A stretch of DNA of 64,000 nt from Dendrobates tinctorius. Lineage: Eukaryota. Positions 53,996-64,000 of the stretch are shown here, piece by piece. The stretch covers positions 32,488,001-32,552,000 of the forward strand of contig NW_027361788.1 in assembly GCF_039654945.1 (NCBI RefSeq), written 5' to 3'. How positions within the stretch are numbered: the stretch's first letter is position 1; every line of letters starts with the position of its first letter. Made by a program: the position numbers and the translations under genes. A model generated the notes under the pieces. The model searched no databases, was not told the DNA's origin, and saw nothing but the letters and a program-made list of their open reading frames with translations.

Positions 53996-56900
53996 ATGCC
54001 AGCAGGAAAAAACTTCCGCAGGCGCAAAGCCTCCAGCTCCGAGGAAGATGAGGAAGACCAAGGGGTGACCAAGGAGGTTAGGTCAGTGAAGCCAAGCAAC
54101 CAAACAGATGACACCTTTCAGTTTTAGAAACCCCCTCTGGAGAGTGATAGAAGCAATCTGATTGGCTGGTTTTCTTTATCATTGGAGCAGTAATTGTAGA
54201 TTTTCGTTACTGTTGATCTTAATACATTTTTTGTCTATGCAGAAGGAAGCTTGAAGAAGCTAAAGAGGTGCAGAGTCTAAGAAAGCGACAAAATGGTGTG
54301 AGGTAAGAGCGAGGAAGCAATCCGTCAGCTGAGGGTTTGGTACAATTGTATCCAATGCAGACCATCACCTGTGAGAGGAACTGCCTGGATTATGCACTTA
54401 TAATACATTGTGCCTGCACTGATACTTTGTACAAAACGAAAAGATGTCACCGTACTGTTACACCGCCTGGATTTTTACATAAAATGACCAAAAACCCTGT
54501 GTTTCTTCTGCAGCGCTGCCGCTCTTTTGGTTGGAGAGAAATTACCAGAAGAATCAGTAATGGCGGTGAGTCCACGTGGTATTAAAGGGGTCATAATCTC
54601 CCTTTCATTAGGTAGGGGATACGTTCCTGATTGCTGGGGAGTCCTACTGATGCCTTTGTTAATAAGAGGAGTGGTCATAATTGCTCACTACTGTTCTATT
54701 TGTATAGAGGACTTTGGAACCTATTATGGGATCTAGGGGGGATCCCATCAGTCGGACCACCAGTGATCAGGAAGTAATCCCCTATCCCTTGGATAGGGGG
54801 TAACTTCATATCTTGATGTAAACTCTTTTAAAAGGTGTTGCTTGAACTAAAACTACAAGCTGTGCTCATTATATGTGACAGCAGACTTGTAAATCCTCAC
54901 ATCACGAGCCTACAAGCTGTGAGGGTTCTCCGGTGCTGGGAGCGGGCACATGACCACAAGACTGTTTCCATCCTCAATACACTTGCATTGAGTGAGGTTA
55001 GTCCGTCTAGTCGAAATGTGGCCGGGGGTATGCATATCGCATGCGTGTGGTCACGTGCCCACTCACAGCGGAGTGACTGCAAACATGGAGTTTTGGACCA
55101 GCCAACCCCTTTAAGACAGATTTTTCAAATATGTTAATTTCTTATTCTGGTACAGCGTCTATTCAAGTGAAAGGAACCCTCTGAGCAAAACTGGAACCAG
55201 ATGTTGTGTATAGTGCCTGGTTGTAGGTGGTGAAGTGTGGCAAAAATATTCAGGAGCACAAAAGAGTGAATACCTCTAGTGCTCTGCTTATTTCAGGCCT
55301 GATCCTAGACATAACTCATTGTATCAGTTCTGCAAGAGTTTTCTTTAACGTGTGACTGAGGCCAGATGAGAGTACCAGGCCCAACCGCAGGGCCTTCTAA
55401 CCTGTGCTGGCTGAATCATGGGCATATGAGACAGTGAGGTCAGGAGATGCAGCGGTGGGACTGGTCCATATATCATGCAGTTGTGATATCAGCCTTATGA
55501 TGAGCATAATAACCTGGTTCTCAGTTCTCTCAGGGGTTCAAGAAGCTGAGATCTTTGCTGCTGTTTGCTAGGGTCTTCACACTATAGTGCTACCATGCTG
55601 GCCTTATGTTTTTTGCACCAAGAAAGGAGCTGTATCCGCAGTAATCACAGCTTGTTTCTGCTTCAATGTGTGGAATCAGAGATGAGTCCAATCCTGGCTG
55701 TTTAATAGTGGTTAATAGTGACTGCGGTATCGCAGAAGGTTAGTCTGTAGGAAGGTCCCTCTTTTCCCTTCACCCATGACAGCACCACATGAGAGAGGGA
55801 TCCACCCCGCCAGGACAGGAACCTACCGAAACATAAGGGGCGGCACCTCTCCCCCGCTTCAGTTGGGTTCCTGTCCTAGAAAGGAATCCCTCTGACAGCG
55901 GCGGTGCCTGTCAGGATGAAGAGACCCAGGGCCGGCCCGGCGTGTAAAAATGCAGGGCTGGCTTACCTGCGACGCTGGCCGTCGGCAGCTGGTAGCGCAG
56001 TCCCCGGGGTTTTCCTCATATGGGCCCCGGGTTCGTGCGGGCACGCTCTGATGTCCTCCCTTCGGAGGTTCCTCCATGTGCCGCCCTCCCCCTGCGCGCG
56101 CGCCCGTTCCTTCCCCTGCATGCAGGGGAAGCCGGGAGCAGAGACCGGCGTCTGACGTGGGGCGGCTGACGTCATCAAGACGCGACGGTCATGGCGCCGG
56201 GCGCGACGCCGGCCAGAAGAAGCGGCTGGCGGTCGAGGGGGGGAGGGGTAATGAGGGGCTCACTCACCGCATATAAGAAGGAGCAGAAGCGGCTGCAGGG
56301 GCGACAATGGCGTCTCAGGAGGATCGCTCACCGTCCCCATTGTCTCTGCCCCCATCGCAAGCTTCTGGTCGCAAGAGCCTCTCGAGCGGCAAAAGCAGCA
56401 GCCGTCCGAGTCACCGATCGAGGGATTCCTCGAGATCAAAAGAGCGCAGAGCGCACGCTCCTTCGCAGCCCCAGAGCCCGGTACCTGTCTTTCCTGGGTG
56501 GTGAGTGATCTCCGTGAAAGTTAGACAATAATAGACCTTCCTATGTCTTCTTTTTTCTTTAGGGAGGCAAAAAAGCTATATCCAAAAAGAAAAATAGAGA
56601 ATGTGCCATATGCCACAGCCCTTTAGCAAAAGACTACCAAAAGGACTTATGTGTCAGCTGTATCCAGCGGACTATGGCTGAAGAGGTGCCGAGCCTGGCA
56701 ACAAACCTCAGATCGATAATAAAGTCTGAGGTACAGGGCTCACTTAAAAAATTATTAAAAAAGAAAAGTAAGAGTAGGAGAGCCTCCCCGAGTTCCTCAT
56801 CAGGCTCCTCCTCTTCGGAGTATCATGTTGAGCACGGATCATCTTCGTCCTCAGACAGTGATACGGGGGGCAGACCTTGCTTTCCCGTAGAAGATACGGA

Positions 56901-59900
56901 CGCGCTCCTTAAAGCCATCAGGTCCACTATGGGCCTGCAAGAGGAGAAGGTAGAGAGATCGCTGGAGGATGTAATGTTTGGCGGCCTGCAAGAAAGGAAG
57001 AAGCGTACCTTTCCGGTCAATGACAAGGTTCAGGCCCTAATCGAAAAAGAATGGAAGAAACCGGAGAAGTCAGGTAGCCTTCCCTCCTCTTCAAAGCGAA
57101 GATACCCCTTTGAGGCTAAAGACGCGGACGTCTGGGACAAAGTCCCAAAGATTGACGCGGCAGTGTCTAGGTCTTCCAAGAAGTCGCCCCTGCCCCTGGA
57201 GGATTCAGGGGTTTTGAGAGATCCCTTGGATAAAAAAGCGGACTAAGGCACACTTGGGAGGCAGCGGCAGGGGGTCTGAAACCGGCAATAGCCGGCACCT
57301 GCACAGCCTGGTCATTAATGGTCTGGTTGCAACAACTTGAAGAAAAATTAGTCTCCAAGGTACCGAGAGAGAAAATATTAGGAGAAATGTACTTGCTACA
57401 CGGAGCTGCCGCCTTCTTGGCTGACACCTCCGCCGACTCGATGAGGTTAACGGCAAGAGCAGCGGGTCTATCGAACGCCGCAAGACGAGCATTATGGTTC
57501 AAAGGCTGCCCTGGGGACATTCAATCTAAGGCGAAATTATGCTCGTTACCATGTGATGGGCAGTTCCTGTTTGAGAAAAACCTGGATGACATTTTGGAGA
57601 AGGCCGGTGATAAAAAGAAGGGCTTCCCCAGATTCATGGGTGATCAAAGGAGACCGCCCTTTCGGAGGGGAAAGTTCAATCGGGGCCGTCCCCCGGGAGA
57701 GCTGAAAAGGTGGGACGACAAGAGGAAGAAAGAACCAGGATTCATGTTTGGGGGAGCCACCTCAACCGCCAAAAAATCCCCGCAATGATGCCAGCCCTCC
57801 GGTGGGGGGAAGATTGAAACTCTTTTCTCAAGAATGGGAGAAAATATCGGCCAACAATTGGATTCTCTGCATTATAAAGAATGGCCTAAAAATCCCTTTC
57901 TTCCAGCATCCAAGAGCTTCATTTGTGGTGACCCCCGTCAGAAAGGAACCAGGGGAGCAATCAGCCATAGAAACAGAAATTTTAGGACTGTTGGAGGTTA
58001 ATCCCGGCAGTGATAAAAAAGATAAGAGACGAGCAAGCCAGAGTAATCCTCATAGCCCCGTTCTGGCCAAAAAGGCCGTGGTTTTCACTACTGCAAATGA
58101 TGTCTCTCTCGGACCCGTGGGTACTGCCAGAAATTCCAGATTTATTAGCTCAGGGGCCGATATTCCACAAACAAGTCAAGGGGTTCCATCTGACGGCGTG
58201 GAATTTGAGAGGGCGCTTTTGAGGGATAAAGGTTTTTCCCCGGGGTTGGTGACTACTCTAATGAAAAGTAGAAAACCAATAACAACCAACATATATGGCA
58301 GGACGTGGAAGAAATTTCTACAATTCCTGGGAAAACCGTTAAGTCAAGAACCCCCAATCGAGTCCATCTTGGAGTTCTTGCAGACAGGTCTACAGCTAGG
58401 CCTGGCGGTTAATACCCTCAAGGTACAGGTTTCAGCGCTGGGTGCGTTATACAACTGCAATATAGCGGCAAACAAATGGGTAGTCAGGTTCATAAAATCT
58501 TGCCACAGATCTAGGCCAGTCTCCTTACCAAAAATAGCTCCATGGGATCTAAATCTGGTGCTGGAAGCCCTTACGAAGGAGCCGTTTGAACCCATACAGC
58601 AGATTTCAACTAAAAACCTCACCCTAAAAACCATCATTTTAGTAGCTCTAACGTCGGCACGTAGAGTTAGTGACTTACAGGCCCTCTCAGTCAACCCACC
58701 ATATACCCAAATATACCAGGATAGGGTGGTTATGAGAACAGACCCGGCTTACTTGCCGAAAGTAGTAACTAACTTTCACCGAAACCAAGAAATTGTCCTC
58801 CCTTCCTTCTGTGAGAATCCGAAAAACCCAGGGGAGGAGAAATTTCATAGCCTAGACGTTAAAAGAACCCTAGTAGAGTATATGTCTATAACCAGCCAGT
58901 GGAGGAGGTCCCAGTCCCTATTCGTAGCCTTCCAGGGGGCTAGGAAAGGTTATGGAGTGTCAAAGGGGACTATTGCCCGATGGATTAGGGAGGCCATTAG
59001 TGTAGCCTATTCAGCTAGTGGCGTCCCGGTTCCTGACGGCATCAAGGCTCATTCCACCAGAGCCGTGGCGACCTCCTGGGCTGAGAAAGCAGAGGTATCA
59101 ATAGAGCAAATTTGTAAGGCCGCTACCTGGGCCTCACCCTCAACTTTCTTTAGACACTATAGACTAAATCTATCCTCCTCTGCTGACTTGACCTTTGGTA
59201 GAAGGGTGCTGCTAGCGGTGGTCCCTCCCTAAGGTGTCGAAGTCTCCAGAATCTCTCATGTGGTGCTGTCATGGGTGAAGGGAAAACCACCATGGTTACT
59301 TACCGGTAGCCGGTTTTTCCAGAACCCATGACAGCACCCGTATATTTCCCCCCCTTTTTCCACCGTTTGGGTGTGCACGATAGTCGGGTGTATTTGTGTG
59401 ATGTGGTGTTGGATAAATATGTAACTAACCGGGAAGTCCTCTCAAATGCTCTGTAATCCAACTGAAGCGGGGGAGAGGTGCCGCCCCTTATGTTTCGGTA
59501 GGTTCCTGTCCTGGCGGGGCGGATCCCTCTCTCATGTGGTGCTGTCATGGGTTCCGGAAAAACCGGCTACCGGTAAGTAACCATGGTGGTGTCACCCCCA
59601 TATAGCACCTCAGTGATGCAGTTGCAAGGTTCTGAATTAGTATTGTGGTAACTGGAAGCCTGATGAAACTAATCATATGGATTCATAGTATGCTGCAGCT
59701 GCTGAGAACCTCTTGTGAGACTTTTAATGCTGTGAGGAAACACATTAAAGAGACTATTATGTTTGAATTTTGTGGATCACTGCCTCTTCACTGCGTACGG
59801 TGCCAACGGTGCCTTATGCTTTATTTATGATTGTTTGTCTTTTCTTAGGATGATCCTTTTAAGATCAAAACTGGAGGGATGGTAGATATGAAAAAGCTGA

Positions 59901-62900
59901 AAGATCGCGGGAAGGACAGGTAACTTTTTATATAATGCTGTGATTCCAGATGTGGAGGTCGGAGCTCGTCTGACATTCATTCTGTTAACTTTAGTAAGAT
60001 TGGAGATGACGAGGAGCTGAACCTGGGGACGTCGTTCTCTGCGGAAACCAACAGGAGGGATGAAGATGCTGACATGTAGGTGTACGAGTAGTGCTGGGGT
60101 GCTCTGATATCGCTCTTCATTGGTGGTATTAGTGGGGGGTTGTTCTGCACAATTCGGTAATCATACTATGGAATTTTAATACTAAGAATATCTCTTATTT
60201 CTGCAATTTCAGGATGAAGTACATAGAGACAGAGCTGAAAAAAAGAAAAGGAATCATTGAGAATGAGGAGAAAAAGGTGAAGCCGAAGAGTGCGGAAGAT
60301 TGCTTGTATGAGCTCCCGGACAGCATCAAGGTGTCTTCCGCCAAGAAGACTGAGGAGATGTTGTCCAATCAGATGCTGAGCGGCATCCCGGAGGTGGACC
60401 TGGGCATAGAGTATGTGAGCTTCGTGTTTATATTTGGAGTGGGGATTAATGACAGTAAAGACAAATCGTGTCAAGTATAGCGTGGCACTACCGCAAGGTG
60501 AACAAGTAGGTTACCCAGACCAAAGTGAATAAAGTAACTTGGCACTCAACTGAATGATCCTTTACAAAAGAAGTTTTTATTTTATATGCAGTCCTAGAAG
60601 ATGTTTCGGCCCACAATCGGCCTTCGTCAGTCTGCCGACTGCTAACACTGTATAATGACCAGATATAGAACCAAGAATCTATGTGGATTCCTGCTTTATG
60701 GTATAATGCAGATTTGTGTTGTACTTCCAGCTGTCAAAAGAGTGTGCTGTGTTGTGCTGGTAAATCAATATAGAATCGTGATAGAAGCACTGAATATAAG
60801 GTCATCTCCTTCAAGTACTGAGGTTGTTTGTCTGTTAGTGCTGTCTGTGTGTAGCATAGCAGAAAAAGGAGGCCATATGAGGCCTGTGGATGTGAGGTAT
60901 GAATGTAGCAGGCTAGACGCAGTTTCCACCGCACGTCTGGTAGCCAGACGTGCTCCTTTTTCTACTATGCTATACACAGACAGCACTAACAGACAAACAA
61001 CCTCAGTACTTGAAGGAGATGACCTTATATTCAGTGCTTCTATCACGATTCTATATTGATTTACCAGCACAACACAGCACACTCTAGTGACAGCTGGAAG
61101 TACAACACAAATCTGCATTATACCATAAAGCAGGAATCCACATAGATTCTTGGTTCTATATCTGGTCATTATACAGTGTTAGCAGTCGGCAGACTGATGA
61201 AGGCCGATTGTGGACTGAAACATCTTCTAGGACTGCATATAAAATAAAAACTTCTTTTGTAAAGGATCATTCAGTTGAGTGCCAAGTTACTTTAGTAAAG
61301 ACAAATGTGACAGATATAAATAAAATATTTTATTACTTTTAGTGCAAAAATCAAAAACATCATCTTCACCGAGGAAGCCAAAGCCCGCTTACTGGCTGAG
61401 CAGCAGAATAAGAAGAAGGACAAGCAGACTTCCTTCGTGCCCACCAACATGGCTGTCAACTACGTACAGCACAATCGATGTAAGATTTGAAGGTCATAGT
61501 ATGAATAATCTTAGGCCCCCTCCAACAACATTTAGTGCTGTGAACCGAGCATCAGTCCCGTAGACAATAAATGGAGCAGAAACTGAGAATTCGCTCCTCC
61601 ACTCCAATGGGGATGGGGCTGCTGGACTCATTCTTGGAGTTCTAGAGCTTCGATCTTGCAATCGCTGGAGGTCCCTGCTGTCGCGCCCACACCAATTAGC
61701 AAGTTATCCCGAATCCCTTGGTTAGAGGATAACCATGTTTTTGATTTTTAAATGATACTTTAATAGAGGTGAATGATATTTTTGTGTTAACTGTGACAGA
61801 TGCACATTGGCAAACTCTTTCATAATTGATCATCGGAAACATGGCGGCTTCCTAAAATTAAAGGGAATCTGTCACCCCATTTTAGCACTATAAACTGCGG
61901 CCACCGCCATCAGGGGCTTATCTACAGCATTTTGTAATTCTGTAGATAAGCCCCCCGATGTTACCTGAAAGATAAGAAAAACATATTAGATTATACTGAC
62001 AGGGGGAGGAGTCGGGTGCGGTGGGTGTCACAGTCTGGTCTGGCGCCTCCCATCTTCATACGATGATGTCCTCCTCCTTGCTTCTCCCTCGGCTGCTGCG
62101 CAGGCGTACTTTCTCTGCCCTATTGAGGGCAGAGTAAAGTACTGCAGTGCGCAGGCGCTGGGAAAGGTCAGAGTGGTACGGCGCCTGCGCACTGCAGTAC
62201 TTTACTCTGCCCTTAACATGGCAGATAAAGTACGCGTGCGCAGGAGCCGAGGGAGAAGCAAGGAGGAGGACAGCATCGCTAGAAGATGGGAGGCACCGGA
62301 TGAGACGGCAACACCCATCAGACCGGACCGAACTCCGGGATGAGTATCATCTAAGTCTTTTTTTCTTCTCTTTCAGGTTACATCAGGGGCTTATCTACAG
62401 CATTACAGAATGCTTACTACTTTTCTATTCACACTGGGGAGTTGGGGAACTCCCAAACTTTCCCCAGCAATCATGCATTCTGTGGATAGGCGAGAAATAT
62501 ATATACTTCCTTCTCGCCCCCCACTGGGGGTGGTCTCTGTTGTCCTTCCTCATTCTCGGGTCCTCTACCAGAAGCCTGTGAGTTTGAGTGTTCTGCACAG
62601 GTTCTTAGTTGTCCCCAGCTTTGTGCTTTTCTGGACAGAGAGCTCAGATGTTGCTCCTGGGATCTGTTGTAGCCATTCTTCCAAATTAGGGGTCACTGCT
62701 CCAAGTGCTCCTATCACCACTGGAATCACTGTTGCCTTCACCTTCCACATCTTCTCCAGTTCTCCCTTGTGGCCCTGGTATTTCTCCAGCTTCTCATATT
62801 TCTTCTTTCTGATGTTGCTGTTACTTGGCACTGCCACATCTATTATCATTGCTGTCTTCTGGTCCTTGTCTACTATCGCAATGTCTGGTTGGTTAGCCAA

Positions 62901-63060
62901 CACCTGCTTATCTGTCTGGATCTTGAAGTCCCACAGGATTTTAGCCTTTTCATTCTCCACCACTTTCTCTGGGTCTCCCACCTGGACTTTGGGGAACTTA
63001 CCCCTTATGCTGGGCAGATATTCCTGCATACAATTCCCGCTACTTGGTTGTGGCGTTCAG

Positions 63061-63099
<39 letters not shown>

Positions 63100-64000
63100 G
63101 GTGTTCAGTATACGCTGTTTCTGCTTGCATTTTGCATCCTGACACTATGTGTTGGATGGTTTCTGAGGTTTCTTTGCATAGTCTGCACCTTGGGTCTTGT
63201 CTTATGTGGTAGATTCCCGCTTCTATGGATCTGGTACTTAGCCTTTTTTCTTGTGCCGCTATGATTAGTGCCTATGTGCTGTCTCGGAGTCCAGCTTTCT
63301 CCAGCCATTGGTTGGATTTCTCCATGTCAGCCACCTCCATTATCTGTCGATGGTACATCCCATGCAGTGGCTTGTCTTGCTATGGCGCTTCATGTTCCTG
63401 TTCTTCCTTCCAGATCTGTTGTTGTTGCCTAAGGGTATGTGCACACGCTGCGGATTAATGTTATCCTATGGGATTTCAAATCCGCAGTGCACATGCTGCG
63501 GATTTTTCCCTGCAGAAAAGCTGCGGTTTGAAATCCACAGCATATCAATACTTTCAGCGGATTCCGCTGTGGTTTGACACCTAGTCCATTGTCCAGGTGT
63601 AAAACCGCAGGGGAAAACCGCTGGCCAATCTGCAGGAAAACCGCAGGTCACTTTACCTGCGGTTTTACCTGCGGATCCGCAGGGAAAAATCCGCAGCATG
63701 TGCACATACCCTTAGGCTTTCTCTCAGCGTCTCATCTTTTGGTGCCATTTTTCTGATGTATTCCTGGATGCTCCTTGTTTCATCCATGATGGTGACTTGG
63801 ATGCTTATCAAGCGTCGACCACCCTCCTTTCTGTTGGTATACAATCTTTGGGTGTTAGACTTAGGTGGAGACATATATACGATAACCACTTTACCGACAC
63901 TTTTCCTGTTGCTTCTCAGTCTACCAGGAGGACCTGAACACCCCTTTGAGACGTCACAAGGAAGAGCCTAAAGCACGTCCCCTCCGTGTAGGCGATACAG
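53996..64000 (+). CDS. C9orf78: Splicing factor C9orf78 / TLS1 homolog. Exons 53996-54081, 54243-54302, 54514-54565, 59849-59919, 59995-60075, 60213-60410, 61343-61479, 63920->64000 (continues)
   Basis: MPAGKNFRRRK, DDPFKIKTGGMVDMKKLK, LGTSFSAETNRRDEDADMMKYIETELKKRKG, SNQMLSGIPEVDLGI, FVPTNMAVNYVQHNRF, EEPKARPLRVGDT. GT-AG junctions in phase. Confidence 0.94.
55763..59590 (+). mobile_element. DIRS1-type retrotransposon with RT/RNaseH internally deleted and both termini intact; in C9orf78 intron 3
   Basis: ITRs 55763-55865 and 59459-59590; ICR 59252-59340 complementary to both ends; gag ORFs 56674-57246 and 57318-57788; YR frame to 59232. Confidence 0.92.
57748..59232 (+). CDS. DIRS pol N-terminus fused in frame to an uninterrupted tyrosine recombinase (494 codons; no ATG at the 5' end of this frame)
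   Basis: VGGRLKLFSQEW (pol start), junction near 57995, then WDLNLVL, SARRVSDL, HSTRAVA, TFFRHY. Confidence 0.65.
   Translation: MGEPPQPPKNPRNDASPPVGGRLKLFSQEWEKISANNWILCIIKNGLKIPFFQHPRASFVVTPVRKEPGEQSAIETEILGLLEVNPGSDKKDKRRASQSNPHSPVLAKKAVVFTTANDVSLGPVGTARNSRFISSGADIPQTSQGVPSDGVEFERALLRDKGFSPGLVTTLMKSRKPITTNIYGRTWKKFLQFLGKPLSQEPPIESILEFLQTGLQLGLAVNTLKVQVSALGALYNCNIAANKWVVRFIKSCHRSRPVSLPKIAPWDLNLVLEALTKEPFEPIQQISTKNLTLKTIILVALTSARRVSDLQALSVNPPYTQIYQDRVVMRTDPAYLPKVVTNFHRNQEIVLPSFCENPKNPGEEKFHSLDVKRTLVEYMSITSQWRRSQSLFVAFQGARKGYGVSKGTIARWIREAISVAYSASGVPVPDGIKAHSTRAVATSWAEKAEVSIEQICKAATWASPSTFFRHYRLNLSSSADLTFGRRVLLAVVPP
60587..60642 (-). ncRNA. Minimal hammerhead ribozyme-like motif (left arm)
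   Basis: CUGACGA-A-GGCC-GAUUGUG-GGCC-GAAAC with flanking GCAGUC/GACUGC pairing. The cleavage-site region ACAUCU is non-canonical. Confidence 0.55.
61182..61237 (+). ncRNA. Minimal hammerhead ribozyme-like motif (right arm, stem II weakened)
   Basis: CUGAUGA-A-GGCC-GAUUGUG-GACU-GAAAC. Confidence 0.45.
61862..62414. mobile_element. Kolobok/T2-type MITE (sibling of 1745-2921); right end lost at the retroelement insertion
   Basis: Colinear similarity to 1745-2195 plus 2796-2856. Confidence 0.75.
62415..63872 (-). mobile_element. 5'-truncated R4/Dong/Rex6-clade non-LTR retrotransposon with restriction-like endonuclease
   Basis: RLYTNRKEGGRRL; CCHC region (CRLC...H...C, about 63135-63185); KILWDFKIQTDKQVLANQPDIAIVD..IIDVAVP (PD-D); IPVVIGALG. 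Confidence 0.82.
63433..63711. mobile_element. Harbinger-type MITE inserted in the R4-like element
   Basis: GGGTATGTGCACACGCTGCGGATT / AATCCGCAGCATGTGCACATACCC termini. Confidence 0.75.

Larger units (their letters stand above)
60467..61293. mobile_element. Inverted-repeat insertion, probably a Penelope-like element with inverted pseudo-LTRs; in C9orf78 intron 6
   Basis: 13-bp TSD AGTAAAGACAAAT (60454-60466, 61294-61306). Arms 60531-60871 and 60953-61293 are about 98% identical. Each arm has a hammerhead core followed by AATAAA and GTTGAGTGCC. Confidence 0.75.

Noticed and set aside
60655-61169. Twin 134-aa ORFs on opposite strands as a duplicated gene
   Set aside because: A consequence of the palindrome; no recognisable protein motifs.
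62410-63264. 284-aa hydrophobic plus-strand ORF as a membrane protein
   Set aside because: It is the antisense frame of the R4-like endonuclease region and runs through a microsatellite.

Overview
Eukaryotic (vertebrate) genomic DNA. The repeat families and intron style suggest a frog, but the taxon is my inference. The window holds two head-to-head gene pairs that converge tail-to-tail: PMPCA (minus, exons 1-4 in window) with ENTR1/SDCCAG3 (plus, complete, 8 coding exons, about 343 aa), and USP20 (minus, complete CDS, 23 coding exons, about 884 aa) with C9orf78 (plus, exons 1-8, runs off the end). Introns are packed with transposons. PMPCA intron 1 (17 kb) is a nested stack: a small palindromic element is split by a CR1 LINE, which carries a DIRS retrotransposon and an L2 LINE, and the L2 carries a hAT transposon plus its MITE. 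Elsewhere there are two Tc1 elements, a second DIRS lacking RT but with an uninterrupted tyrosine recombinase frame, an R4-clade retroelement, many Kolobok/T2-, Harbinger-, hAT- and pogo-type MITEs, and minisatellites. The most unusual items are: (i) a TSD-flanked, about 760-bp near-perfect palindrome in C9orf78 intron 6 with a hammerhead-ribozyme core on each strand (probably an inverted Penelope-like element); (ii) the RT-less DIRS with an in-frame pol-YR fusion and a candidate spliceosomal intron; (iii) a duplicated structured leader with a covarying pair in the first DIRS; (iv) a 2A-like peptide variant in the L2. I found no prokaryote-type system, CRISPR array, rRNA or tRNA, and I cannot claim a new biological system from sequence alone.
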